Shown here one piece after another: positions 1 through 8,970 of a DNA stretch of 20,000 bases. Positions within the stretch are counted from its first letter, which is position 1, and each line of letters starts with the position of its first letter. A program made the position numbers and the translations under genes. Below the pieces are notes generated by a model, which was not told the DNA's origin, ran no database searches, and saw nothing but the letters and a program-made list of their open reading frames with translations. Source of the DNA: an uncultured Gemmatimonadota bacterium (GTDB lineage: Bacteria; Blakebacterota; Blakebacteria; Blakebacterales; Blakebacteraceae); contig CAZNUA010000006.1 of assembly GCA_964576115.1 (NCBI GenBank), positions 106,492-126,491 on the forward strand, read 5' to 3'.

Positions 1-473
1 CTCCTGTCCCCATTCTCTTCCATACCCCGGCGTTCAGAATCGGTGCCACTCCTGCATCCGGTCACAGTCTGGAGATAGAGATCGACGACCGGCGTCAACT
101 TCAAACGTTGTTTGAAAGGCGGTCGGACCACCAGCCGGAAACGACGCCAGCGTTCCTGATTCCAGCGCGCAACCGGTCCCGCGTACAGGAACGTGATCAG
201 GCGGCTGCGTAGCGAACCGTGAAGATCGACGATGAGATCGAAGTCTCCCTCGCGGATCCAGGTACGGAGATCGCGAAGGCTCTGTGAAGCCGGATCGAAG
301 GCCCAGACCTCGTCGAGGTTGGGATTGTTGCGGTGCAGCCCGGCATAGGGAGTTCGGGTCAGCAGGATCACCCGGGCGTCGGGAAGGCGTTCTTTGAGAG
401 CACAGAGAGCGGGTTCGACGAGAACGACGTCACCCAGGCTCGAGAATCTGACGACGAGAACGCGACTTTTCAC
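1..473 (-). CDS. Glycosyltransferase family 9 protein (ADP-heptose:LPS heptosyltransferase, WaaF/WaaC-like), 3' end beyond the window
   Basis: Translated by hand because it is absent from the ORF track. The GTG at 473 overlaps the upstream TGA (GTGA). Sequence MKSRVLVVRFSSLGDVVLVEPALCALKERLPDARVILLT...NNPNLDEVW...FDLIVDLHGSLRSR carries the GT9 N-terminal motifs RxSSxGD and DLxxDL. The frame is open to base 1. Confidence 0.9.
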   Translation of the reverse strand, partial: MKSRVLVVRFSSLGDVVLVEPALCALKERLPDARVILLTRTPYAGLHRNNPNLDEVWAFDPASQSLRDLRTWIREGDFDLIVDLHGSLRSRLITFLYAGPVARWNQERWRRFRLVVRPPFKQRLKLTPVVDLYLQTVTGCRSGTDSERRGMEENGDR

Positions 474-1027
474 ACGGCTCCGGCCTTGCAGATCGGTGCC
501 AGGGTGTCGGCCAGGCGTGTCATGACACGATCGGGTTCTCGGGTTCGGACGACCAGGTTGTACAGCCGGTCACTGGCCCGGCTGGTATCGTTGACTCCCA
601 TGCGAAGCGGCACGTGGGTTCGTTCGAGCAACCAGGGAACGAAAGGATGCGAGGTCATACCGAGATCGATGGCGAGATCGTATTCCTGGGCCCGCAGCCG
701 GTTCAGCAGGTCGCGGCGCGGTCGACCGAAAAGGGTGATATCCTCGAGCCCCACCCGCAGGATGCCGATGCCCTTGAATTGATCTGCGGAGACCGGAGCC
801 TCCCCTCCCAGAAAAAGCAGATCGAGCTTCCAGTCGGGGAATTCGGCCTTGAATCCGAAAATCTGCGGTAGAAGGCGTTGCCGGGCGTCAGCTTCGAGAG
901 GAAGCACAAGCACGACCCGAACGACGTCGTTGAGCGCGTCGCCCATACTCACAATAGGCCGACGGTCCCGCCGCAGGAATCCCAGGGCCAGGGAAATCCG
1001 TGAGAGTGTCCATTTCCATCCCTGCAT
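470..1027 (-). CDS. Hypothetical protein resembling a stand-alone GT9 N-terminal Rossmann-like domain (DUF6913-like)
   Basis: 185 aa with a strong RBS (GAAGGAGG). Segment LRAQEYDLAIDL...PWLLERTHVPLRMG...LYNLVV resembles the GT9 N-domain but lacks RxxxxGD and the second domain. Confidence 0.6.
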   Translation of the reverse strand: MQGWKWTLSRISLALGFLRRDRRPIVSMGDALNDVVRVVLVLPLEADARQRLLPQIFGFKAEFPDWKLDLLFLGGEAPVSADQFKGIGILRVGLEDITLFGRPRRDLLNRLRAQEYDLAIDLGMTSHPFVPWLLERTHVPLRMGVNDTSRASDRLYNLVVRTREPDRVMTRLADTLAPICKAGAV

Positions 1028-1043
1028 GATCAGCGGGCCTCCT

Positions 1044-4000
1044 TCACCGGCCGTGACAGTGCTTGTACTTCTTTCCCGAACCGCAGGGACAGGGATCGTT
1101 GCGTCCCGGCTCCTTGGCTACGGTGACCGGACGTTTCTTGGACGGTCCGCCCGCAGCCGGCGCCGGCCCCTCCTGCCCGGGTACGGCTCCCAGGGCTTCG
1201 GACTGGGCCTTATCCTCTATCGTTCCCTTGAAGGCCATCCCTACCGCGTCGCGGTGCACGGTCTCCATGGCACCCCCACGGCGTTGCATCTCCTGGCGCT
1301 GCTGGTCGATCTGGCCCTCGATCGCCGATGATTCGCGGAACAACAGCTGGAGAGTATCCCGGGTCAGGCTCGCAAGCATATCCATGAAGAGGTAGTAGGC
1401 TTCCTGCTTGTACTCGACCAGCGGATCTTTCTGACCGTAGGCTCGCAGACTGATCCCCTCTTTGAGACGATCCATCTCGTAGAGGTGATCCATCCACTTC
1501 TGATCGATAACGCGCAGGATGGCATAGCGTTCGATACGAGCCGCCAGTTCCTCACCGAGGGTGTCCCGCTTGCGAGCCCATGCCTGCCGGACTCCTTCTG
1601 TTATCTGGACTTCGAGATCTTCCTGCGAGATTGCAGTTCGATCCTCCTCGTCGATCCGCAGATCGATCAGACAGACCTCCATGAGATCGCGGTGCAGGCC
1701 ATCCCAGTCCCACTCATCCTGGAATGTGTTTTCGTTGGTATGCCGACTGACCACGTCGCTGGAGAAATCGAGGATCAGCTCGTCGAGGTCTTCGGTCAGT
1801 GACTCCTCGTCCAGAGCGTTCGATCGCCTGGTATAGATGACCTCGCGCTGGGTATTCATCACGTCGTCGTACTCGAGCAGGCGCTTGCGGATCGAAAAGT
1901 TCTGGGCCTCGACCCGCTGCTGGGCCTTGCCGATGGCGTTGGTTACCATCGGGTGGGTGATGACCTCCCCTTCCTCCAGGCCCAGCCGGTCCATGACACC
2001 GGCTATCCGATCGGAGCCGAACAGACGCATCAGATCGTCTTCGAGGGACAGGTAGAAGCGGCTCGAACCGGGATCTCCCTGCCGACCAGAACGCCCGCGC
2101 AACTGCCGGTCGATGCGGCGGGCTTCGTGCCGCTCGGTGCCCAGAATGTGCAGGCCGCCCAGGTCGACGACACCGGTACCGAGTTTGATGTCGGTGCCCC
2201 GCCCTGCCATGTTGGTGGCGATCGTCACCGAACCCTGCTGGCCCGCCGAAGCCACGATCTCGGCTTCACGTTGGTGCTGTTTGGCGTTCAACACCTCATG
2301 CGGCACGCCGTTGCGCTTGAGCATGCGGCTGAGCATTTCCGAGATTTCCACGTTGGTGGTACCCACCAGCACGGGGCGCTGCGCCCGATAGAGCTCGGTG
2401 ATCTCCTCGATCACGGCATTGAACTTCTCCCGCTTGGTGCGGAAGATGACGTCATCCATGTCGTCCCGGATGACAGGCCGGTTGGTGGGAATCACCAGCA
2501 CATCGAGCTTGTAAATGTCCCAGAACTCGCCGGCTTCGGTTTCGGCCGTGCCGGTCATGCCCGCAAGTTTGTCGTAGAGACGGAAGTAGTTCTGGATGGT
2601 GATGGTTGCCAGCGTCTGGGTTTCCTTCTCGATTTTGACGCCTTCCTTGGCTTCCAGCGCCTGATGGAGACCCTCGCTGAACCTCCGTCCCGGCATGAGT
2701 CGGCCGGTGAACTCGTCCACGATCAGGACCTGACCGTCCTGGACGACGTATTCGACATCCTTTTCGAAGAGCGCGTAAGCTTTGAGCAGCTGATGAATGT
2801 TGTGCAGTCGCTCGCTCTTGTCGGCATATTCGCGGTGCAGCTGTTCCCGTTCCAGTTCGGCCTTCTCGGCCGAGATCTCGCCCTGCTCGAGGCGGCCCTC
2901 GAGATCGCTCATGATCTCTGAGAGGTCGGGCAGCACGAAGAGATCGGGATCGTTGGGGCTGAGGTTCTGTCGCCCCCCCTCCTGCAGATCGACGGTATTG
3001 GCTTTCTCGTCGATGGTGTAAAGCAGGTCCTCGTCGAGCTCGTGCAGGCGCTTTTCGCGCAGAAAATCGTTCTCAACCCGCTCGATCAGTTTGATGACCC
3101 CGGTCTCTTTCTTCAGCTTCATCAACCGGTTGTGTTTGGGTGCCCCCCGCTGTACCTGGAGGAGCCTGATCCCGGCCCGGTACTCTTTCTCTGAATCCCC
3201 CTCGGCCTCGCCTTCGGCCATCAGCTTCTCGGCTTCGGAGAAGAGCGTGTTCACCAGCCGGACCTGATCCCGGTTCAGGGACTGGACCTTCGGCTTGTAC
3301 TCGTCGAACTTGTGTGTGGAGCGATCGACCGGCCCGGAGATGATGAGGGGCGTGCGGGCCTCGTCTACCAGGACCGAGTCGACCTCGTCGACAATGGCGT
3401 AGTGATGCTTGCGCTGAACGCGGTGTTCGGGAACAACCGCCATGTTGTCGCGCAGATAGTCGAATCCGAACTCGTTATTGGTGCCGTAGGTGATGTCGCA
3501 GTTATACGCCGCCCGCCGCTCCTCGGGCCGCATGTCATGCTGGATGATCCCGATCGAAAGCCCCAGCCACTCGTAGATCCCTCCCATCCACTCGGCGTCG
3601 CGTCTGGCCAGGTAATCGTTGACGGTGACCAGATGGGCTCCCTTGCCCTCAAGAGCGTTGAGGTACATGGGCATGGTCGCGACCAGGGTCTTCCCCTCAC
3701 CGGTGGCCATCTCGGCGATCTTGCCGCTGTGCAGGGATATGGCCCCGGTGAGTTGGACATCATAGGGGATCATGTCCCATTCTTTGGCCGCCCCGGTAAC
3801 CGGCCACGAATCACCCATACGGCGCCGACAGGCCTCTTTGACCACGGCAAAGGCCTCGGGCAGGATCTCGTCGGTCGTCTCACCGGCTGCAAGGCGCTCG
3901 CGGAATTCATCGCTCTTGGCCTGCAGGTCCTCGTCGGCGAGGTCGGCGTACTCTTCCACGCAGGCATTGATCTGATCCACGATCGGCTGGAGCTTGCGAA

Positions 4001-4052
4001 TATCGCGCTCGTGCCGGGTACCGAAGATCTTCGTGATCAGACTGGTGAACAT
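1044..4052 (-). CDS. secA: Preprotein translocase ATPase SecA (1002 aa)
   Basis: Motifs IAEMATGEGKT, VTVNDYLARRD, IVDEVDS, ATNMAGRGTDI, QLRGRSGRQGDPG and C-terminal zinc-binding CPCGSGKKYKHCHG. Start moved to the ATG at 4052 (MFTSLITKIFG, RBS AAGGAGAGGA), because the track's 66-aa extension overlaps the upstream gene. Confidence 0.98.
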   Translation of the reverse strand: MFTSLITKIFGTRHERDIRKLQPIVDQINACVEEYADLADEDLQAKSDEFRERLAAGETTDEILPEAFAVVKEACRRRMGDSWPVTGAAKEWDMIPYDVQLTGAISLHSGKIAEMATGEGKTLVATMPMYLNALEGKGAHLVTVNDYLARRDAEWMGGIYEWLGLSIGIIQHDMRPEERRAAYNCDITYGTNNEFGFDYLRDNMAVVPEHRVQRKHHYAIVDEVDSVLVDEARTPLIISGPVDRSTHKFDEYKPKVQSLNRDQVRLVNTLFSEAEKLMAEGEAEGDSEKEYRAGIRLLQVQRGAPKHNRLMKLKKETGVIKLIERVENDFLREKRLHELDEDLLYTIDEKANTVDLQEGGRQNLSPNDPDLFVLPDLSEIMSDLEGRLEQGEISAEKAELEREQLHREYADKSERLHNIHQLLKAYALFEKDVEYVVQDGQVLIVDEFTGRLMPGRRFSEGLHQALEAKEGVKIEKETQTLATITIQNYFRLYDKLAGMTGTAETEAGEFWDIYKLDVLVIPTNRPVIRDDMDDVIFRTKREKFNAVIEEITELYRAQRPVLVGTTNVEISEMLSRMLKRNGVPHEVLNAKQHQREAEIVASAGQQGSVTIATNMAGRGTDIKLGTGVVDLGGLHILGTERHEARRIDRQLRGRSGRQGDPGSSRFYLSLEDDLMRLFGSDRIAGVMDRLGLEEGEVITHPMVTNAIGKAQQRVEAQNFSIRKRLLEYDDVMNTQREVIYTRRSNALDEESLTEDLDELILDFSSDVVSRHTNENTFQDEWDWDGLHRDLMEVCLIDLRIDEEDRTAISQEDLEVQITEGVRQAWARKRDTLGEELAARIERYAILRVIDQKWMDHLYEMDRLKEGISLRAYGQKDPLVEYKQEAYYLFMDMLASLTRDTLQLLFRESSAIEGQIDQQRQEMQRRGGAMETVHRDAVGMAFKGTIEDKAQSEALGAVPGQEGPAPAAGGPSKKRPVTVAKEPGRNDPCPCGSGKKYKHCHGR

Positions 4053-4080
4053 ACCAGTTCGTCCTCTCCTTCGTTCGTTC

Positions 4081-4803
4081 TCAGTACCCGACCAGAAGCC
4101 GGTCGCCCAGTTCGCGCGGCAGCTCGGCCGCGAGGATTGCCTCGCGGGCTGCGGCGACGTCGTATTCTGTGCGCTGCGGAGTGAAGATCCACTCCTCGGT
4201 ATCGAGTATCGCCCAGGCGGCACGCGGATCGCCGTCTCTTGGTTGTCCAACGCTCCCCGGATTCAGGACGGCCCGCCGCTGCCCGAGCTGGACCGGCGTG
4301 CCGGGATCGAGATCCACGGTCGGGCTCTTGAACCGGAAGCAGGCCTGGATATGACTGTGCCCGATTACGACGACCCGCTCCTCGACTGCCTCCAGGGCCG
4401 CATCCGCCTGCCGACGTTCCAGGATATAGAGCCAGGCCTCGGGCAGGATGGGATGTCCGTGGACGATCAGCACGTCGCCCTCAATGGCTTTGAGCGGCAG
4501 CTCGCCGAGCCAGGCGATTTCCTCCGGGCTGAGCCTGTCTGCCGTCCAGTTCAGGGCGGTACGTGCCCGGGGATTGAAGCTGAAGGCCGAGGTAGTACCG
4601 GCGGTGAAATGATCGTGATTGCCACGTACGACGGGGTCGCAGTTGTCCTGTACCCAATGCAGGCATTCGGAAGGAAAGGCGCCGTATCCGACGATGTCGC
4701 CGGTGCAGATGATCCGGTCGACCTGTTCGCCGGAGAGGCATCCGATGACCGCCTCCAGGGCGTGCCAGTTGCCGTGGATATCGCCGAGCAGAGCGAACTT
4801 CAT
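4081..4803 (-). CDS. Calcineurin-like metallophosphoesterase (YfcE/MJ0912-like)
   Basis: Motifs GDIHGN, GDIVGYG, GNHD, HG, GHSH and NPGSVGQPRDGDPRA. The start overlaps the nusB stop (ATGA). Confidence 0.9.
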   Translation of the reverse strand: MKFALLGDIHGNWHALEAVIGCLSGEQVDRIICTGDIVGYGAFPSECLHWVQDNCDPVVRGNHDHFTAGTTSAFSFNPRARTALNWTADRLSPEEIAWLGELPLKAIEGDVLIVHGHPILPEAWLYILERRQADAALEAVEERVVVIGHSHIQACFRFKSPTVDLDPGTPVQLGQRRAVLNPGSVGQPRDGDPRAAWAILDTEEWIFTPQRTEYDVAAAREAILAAELPRELGDRLLVGY

Positions 4804-5222
4804 GGTTTTTCCGGTTGCCTCTCCCTGTAAACGCTGTCGAGGATGCCGTTGACGAACCGTTTGGCATCGAACGACGAGTATTTTTTCGTCAGCTCGATCG
4901 CTTCATTGATGCACACCTTCCCCGGTATGTCGGGGAAGTGGAGAATCTCGCCGAGCCCGATCCTCAGAATGATCTTGTCGATCAGGGCAATCCTGTCCAG
5001 CTCCCAGTTGACAGCCCGTTCGGCGATGATGCGATCGAGTTCGGTCTGTTCGACCACGATTTTTCTGACGAGACGACGCACAAAATCGTCGTGCTCGGCA
5101 TCCTCACCGGACGCATCTGAGGCCAGCTGATCGTTGAGGATATCCTCGATCGGTTCTCCGCTGACAGCGGCCGCATAGAGAACGCGCAGGACGACCTCTC
5201 TGCCCCGACGACGCTGACCCAT
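4800..5222 (-). CDS. nusB: Transcription antitermination factor NusB
   Basis: Arg-rich N-terminus RRRGRE, NWELDRIALIDKIILR, INEAIEL.K.Y and FVNGILD. Sits in the canonical position after ribH. Confidence 0.96.
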   Translation of the reverse strand: MGQRRRGREVVLRVLYAAAVSGEPIEDILNDQLASDASGEDAEHDDFVRRLVRKIVVEQTELDRIIAERAVNWELDRIALIDKIILRIGLGEILHFPDIPGKVCINEAIELTKKYSSFDAKRFVNGILDSVYRERQPEKP

Positions 5223-5243
5223 GTCTAGTGACCTGCCATGGTG

Positions 5244-5750
5244 CTAGGGCCCTTTTTCCAGACGATCGAGCAGATCGATCATCTCCAGGCAGGCCCGGGC
5301 CGCTTCGCGGCCTCGATGACGGTCTTGACTCTCCTTGTCTGTTCCGGGATCGGGATCGAGACCGGCCCGGATGCGGGCCTGGGCGGGGGTGTCGACGGTG
5401 AGAATGCCGATTGCAACCGGCACCCCTTCCCGCCGACTCACGTCCATGAGACCCGCGATCGCCTCCCGGCTCACATGTTCGAAATGAGCGGTTTCTCCTC
5501 GTATCACGCACCCCAGCGCGATGATTCCGTCGAACTCCCCCCGGGCGGCTACCCGGGCGGCTGCCAGCGGCAGCTCGAGCGCACCAGGAACCCATACCAC
5601 AGTAACGTCGTCATCTGCGACACCTTCTGTCTGTAGAACCTCCCGGGCACCGTCGAGAAGCCCCGTGACGATCTCGCGGTTGAATCGGCTCGCCACGATA
5701 CTCAGGCACCTTCCGCCCCCCCCTGTTCGTCCCTCGACGATCGAACTCAT
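5244..5750 (-). CDS. ribH: 6,7-dimethyl-8-ribityllumazine synthase
   Basis: Motifs [38 protein letters not shown] overlap with ribBA. Confidence 0.96.
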   Translation of the reverse strand: MSSIVEGRTGGGGRCLSIVASRFNREIVTGLLDGAREVLQTEGVADDDVTVVWVPGALELPLAAARVAARGEFDGIIALGCVIRGETAHFEHVSREAIAGLMDVSRREGVPVAIGILTVDTPAQARIRAGLDPDPGTDKESQDRHRGREAARACLEMIDLLDRLEKGP

Positions 5751-7051
5751 TCTTTCGGCTCCTGCGTCGCGTTCTCGATGGCCAGCAGGTGTCCCAGTTT
5801 GTCCTTCTTGGTCTGCAGATAGCGGGCGTTGACCTCGTTCGGTTCGATCTGAATCGGAATTCGTTCGGTGACCGTCAGACCGTGACCCTCCAGGCCGACG
5901 ATTTTGCGGGGATTGTTGGTCATCAGCCTGATCTGCCTGACGCCCAGATCGAAGAGGATCTGCGCCCCGACCCCGTAATCACGCAGATCGGCCTCGAACC
6001 CGAGTTCTTCGTTGGCCTCGACCGTATCCCGCCCCTGATCCTGTAGAGCGTAGGCCCTGATTTTGTTTGCCAGACCGATGCCGCGCCCCTCCTGACGCAT
6101 GTAGAGCAGAACCCCTTTACCCTCGGATTCGATCATATCGAGGGCGGCTTCGAGCTGGTCGCCGCAATCACAACGCAGACTGTGCAGCAGGTCTCCGGTC
6201 AGACACTGGCTGTGAACCCGCGCCAGGACCGGTTCTGAGCCGCTGACATCACCCTTGACGATAGCCATGTGGTGGTGATCATCGACACGGCTGGCATAGA
6301 GATGGAGCCGGAAGTGTCCGAAGCGGGTCGGAAAATCGACTTCGGCCACCCGACTCACAAGCAGTTCCACCTGCCGCCGATAGGCAATGAGATCCTGGAT
6401 GGTTATCAGGCGCAGGCCGTGACTGTCCGCCATCCGGCGCAGTTCTGGCACCCGGGCCATGGTGCCGTCTTCGCTCATGATCTCGCAGAGCACGCCGGCC
6501 GGCATCAAACCCGCCATGCGGGCCAGGTCCACGGTCGCTTCGGTATGACCGGCGCGGGTCAGAACCCCGCCCCTTTCAGCCCGCAGCGGAAAGATGTGAC
6601 CCGGACGGCCCAGATCGGAGGGCCGGGTATCGTGATGGATGAGGACTTTGATCGTCTGAGCCCGATCGTGGGCGCTGATCCCGGTCGTGGTACCTTCATG
6701 GGCGTCGACCGAAACCGTGAAAGCCGTTCCCAGCCGGGCGGTGTTCTCCTGCACCATTGGTTTCAGATCGAGAGCTTCGAGCCGGTCGGGCATGAGCGGT
6801 ACGCAGATCAAGCCGCGGCCGTGGGTGGCCATGAAGTTGACCGCTTCGGGGGTCACCCGCTCGGCGGCCATGATCAGATCGCCTTCGTTCTCGCGATCCT
6901 CGTCGTCCACCACGATGATCATCCGCCCGGCTCTGATATCGCTGATGGCGTCTTCGATGGAATCGAATCCAGGGCTCGGTCCGGTATAACCGGGTCGGGG
7001 GGAGTGGCCCTCACCGCCCGGTTGCTGTGGTGTTGCTGCCTCGGTTGTCAT
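5747..7051 (-). CDS. ribBA: Bifunctional DHBP synthase / GTP cyclohydrolase II
   Basis: N-domain [33 protein letters not shown]-domain [28 protein letters not shown]. Confidence 0.98.
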   Translation of the reverse strand: MTTEAATPQQPGGEGHSPRPGYTGPSPGFDSIEDAISDIRAGRMIIVVDDEDRENEGDLIMAAERVTPEAVNFMATHGRGLICVPLMPDRLEALDLKPMVQENTARLGTAFTVSVDAHEGTTTGISAHDRAQTIKVLIHHDTRPSDLGRPGHIFPLRAERGGVLTRAGHTEATVDLARMAGLMPAGVLCEIMSEDGTMARVPELRRMADSHGLRLITIQDLIAYRRQVELLVSRVAEVDFPTRFGHFRLHLYASRVDDHHHMAIVKGDVSGSEPVLARVHSQCLTGDLLHSLRCDCGDQLEAALDMIESEGKGVLLYMRQEGRGIGLANKIRAYALQDQGRDTVEANEELGFEADLRDYGVGAQILFDLGVRQIRLMTNNPRKIVGLEGHGLTVTERIPIQIEPNEVNARYLQTKKDKLGHLLAIENATQEPKE

Positions 7052-7072
7052 TGCTTTCCTCTCCCGGACTTC

Positions 7073-7732
7073 TCAGGCTTCTCTCCCGCCGGCCCCGGCA
7101 GCTTCGCGCAGGGCTTCGAGATAGGGTTCGATGAGTTCGGTCACGTACTTGGCGATCATGTCGGCTTCCAGGTTGACCCGACCTCCGACCGTCAGAGTTC
7201 CCAGGGTCGTCACCTCGAGGGTGTGCGGTATCAGGGCCACGCTGATGGCGTCGGGGGCGACATCGACGACAGTCAGACTGACTCCCGCGATCGTGATCGA
7301 GCCCTTCGGCACAAGAAAACGTCTCAAACCGGGCGGGATCGAATACCAGTGTATCACTTCATCTTCGTCCGGCTGCCGGGCGTCGTACCCGTCGGGGGGG
7401 CCGGACAGACGCTCTCCGACACCGTCGACATGACCGGACACCAGATGCCCCCCCAGACCATCCTGCAGAGACAGGGCTGTTTCAAGGTTGACGCCGTCCC
7501 GTTCCCGCAGATCCCCCAGGGTGGTCAGGCGCAGGGTTTCGGGGATGGCCTCGACGCTGAAGGATCGTCCATCGCACTCGATCACGGTCAGACAGACCCC
7601 CGATGTCGAGACCGAATCGCCGACCTCGAGCCGGGAGGCGACGGCAGATTCGGAGATGGTGAAACGGACCGCCTGCGATCCCTCGACGATCTCCGTCACG
7701 GTTCCGACGGCTTCTACGATACCGCTGAACAT
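7073..7732 (-). CDS. ribE: Riboflavin synthase (alpha chain)
   Basis: N-terminal MFSGIV, GVCLTV, GGHLVSGHVD, KGSI...GVSLTV, LIPHT, VNLEAD. RBS AAGGAG. Confidence 0.96.
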   Translation of the reverse strand: MFSGIVEAVGTVTEIVEGSQAVRFTISESAVASRLEVGDSVSTSGVCLTVIECDGRSFSVEAIPETLRLTTLGDLRERDGVNLETALSLQDGLGGHLVSGHVDGVGERLSGPPDGYDARQPDEDEVIHWYSIPPGLRRFLVPKGSITIAGVSLTVVDVAPDAISVALIPHTLEVTTLGTLTVGGRVNLEADMIAKYVTELIEPYLEALREAAGAGGREA

Positions 7733-8895
7733 GGTTTCTCCTTCTCCTCCTGCGTTCCGGTGTCGATCTCGTCCTCAGCCGGCACGGCCCGCACCAGAAG
7801 GTCAATGCCGAGTTCTTCGGCGTGAATCGGACCAAGGCGCAACGGCGGGTCGAAGGCCGACTCTATCATCCCTCCCCCCTCCCCGATCACGGCGGGTGAA
7901 ATGACGATCTCCCAGAAATCAATCAGGTCCCGGGCTGACCAGTCAGCCATGATCCGTCCCCCTCCTTCGAGGATGACGCCGTCGATTCCCGAAGCGTTGA
8001 GGGCCTCGAGTCCCGCCCGGGGGTCGGGCGTGCCCGTTCCGTTCGCCTGTACGCCAAAAACTCGGGCGCCCGCCTTCTGCAGCTCTTCGGCGGCGGGGCT
8101 GCGACTCATGTCTGTCGCGGTGACGATGACGATATCGCCCCCCGGTTCACCGAATATCCGGGCCGTCGGCGGGGTGCGCAGACGACCGTCCACAATCACC
8201 CGCTGCGGTTGTCTCTCGTACAGGCTGTCGTCGGTCCGGCGGGCCGACAGGCGGGGATCGTCGCTGAGCATCGTACCGCTGCCCACCACCACCGCATTGA
8301 CCTCCGAGCGCCTCCGGCCGACCCAGGCCAACGCCTCGCGGCCCGACACGGCCAGGGGTGTACGCCCCGGCCCCATGGTGCGTCCGTCGAGAGTTCGGGC
8401 GGTCTTGGCGATCACCAGCGGCCGTCTCTGCGACGCGGCCAGAACGTGACGCCGGTTCATCGTCAGAGCGTCCTCACAAGCGATTCCGACCTCGACCTCG
8501 AGGCCGGCGAACATCAAGCGGTCGATGCCCTTCCCGCAGACGCGGTGGTTGGGATCTTCTGAGGCGATAACCACCCGCTGCACTCCGGCGTCGATGATGG
8601 CCTCGGTACAGGGAGGAGTACGACCGTGGTGATTGCACGGTTCGAGGGTGACGTACATGGTCGCATGCCGGGCTCTCCACGCGGCCGCCTCGAGCGCGAC
8701 GACCTCGGCATGGGCAGCTCCCGGGCGGAGATGGTACCCCTCGCCGACAATCTCATCGCCGGCCACCACCACGGCCCCGACGGCAGGATTGGGTGGAGTG
8801 GTCCAGTAGCCTCGCCGGGCGAGCTCGAGGGCCCGCCGCATATATCGGAGATCGCGCTCCGGATCCATTCCTGCCGAAGAGCTTCTGGAATCCAT
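7714..8895 (-). CDS. ribD: Bifunctional pyrimidine deaminase / reductase RibD
   Basis: Deaminase motifs PNPAVG, HAE and TLEPCNHHGRTPPC. Reductase motifs TLDG, DDPRL.AR and ILEGGG. The start is uncertain (GTG 8919, ATG 8895 or ATG 8868). The 3' end overlaps ribE by 19 nt. Confidence 0.93.
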   Translation of the reverse strand: MDSRSSSAGMDPERDLRYMRRALELARRGYWTTPPNPAVGAVVVAGDEIVGEGYHLRPGAAHAEVVALEAAAWRARHATMYVTLEPCNHHGRTPPCTEAIIDAGVQRVVIASEDPNHRVCGKGIDRLMFAGLEVEVGIACEDALTMNRRHVLAASQRRPLVIAKTARTLDGRTMGPGRTPLAVSGREALAWVGRRRSEVNAVVVGSGTMLSDDPRLSARRTDDSLYERQPQRVIVDGRLRTPPTARIFGEPGGDIVIVTATDMSRSPAAEELQKAGARVFGVQANGTGTPDPRAGLEALNASGIDGVILEGGGRIMADWSARDLIDFWEIVISPAVIGEGGGMIESAFDPPLRLGPIHAEELGIDLLVRAVPAEDEIDTGTQEEKEKPCSAVS

Positions 8896-8903
8896 AGTTA
8901 AGA

Positions 8904-8932
8904 AAGATGTGCAATTCACCCGGTTGTTACAA
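8904..8932 (-). promoter_or_regulatory. Candidate sigma70-type promoter for the rib operon
   Basis: Minus strand TTGTAA (8932-8927), 17 nt, then CATCTT (8909-8904), in an AT-rich patch 8 nt upstream of the ATG at 8895. The -10 match is weak. Confidence 0.35.
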
Positions 8933-8970
8933 GCGGCATGACCGACGCCCGAATACCGGACCCGGCCTCC

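Noticed and set aside
4053..4250. N-terminal extensions in the ORF track for SecA (also ExbB, the TPR protein, the permease ending at 8971 and the ATPase)
   Set aside because: They overlap neighbouring genes or promoters. Downstream ATGs with good RBSs match the family N-termini.
6269..7825. 518-aa plus-strand ORF, and similar long antisense ORFs (1953-2921, 3312-4184, 8938-10299, 10073-11137, 11414-12355)
   Set aside because: They lie antisense to well-conserved genes and show no recognisable motifs. Stop-poor shadow frames are expected from GC-rich codon usage.
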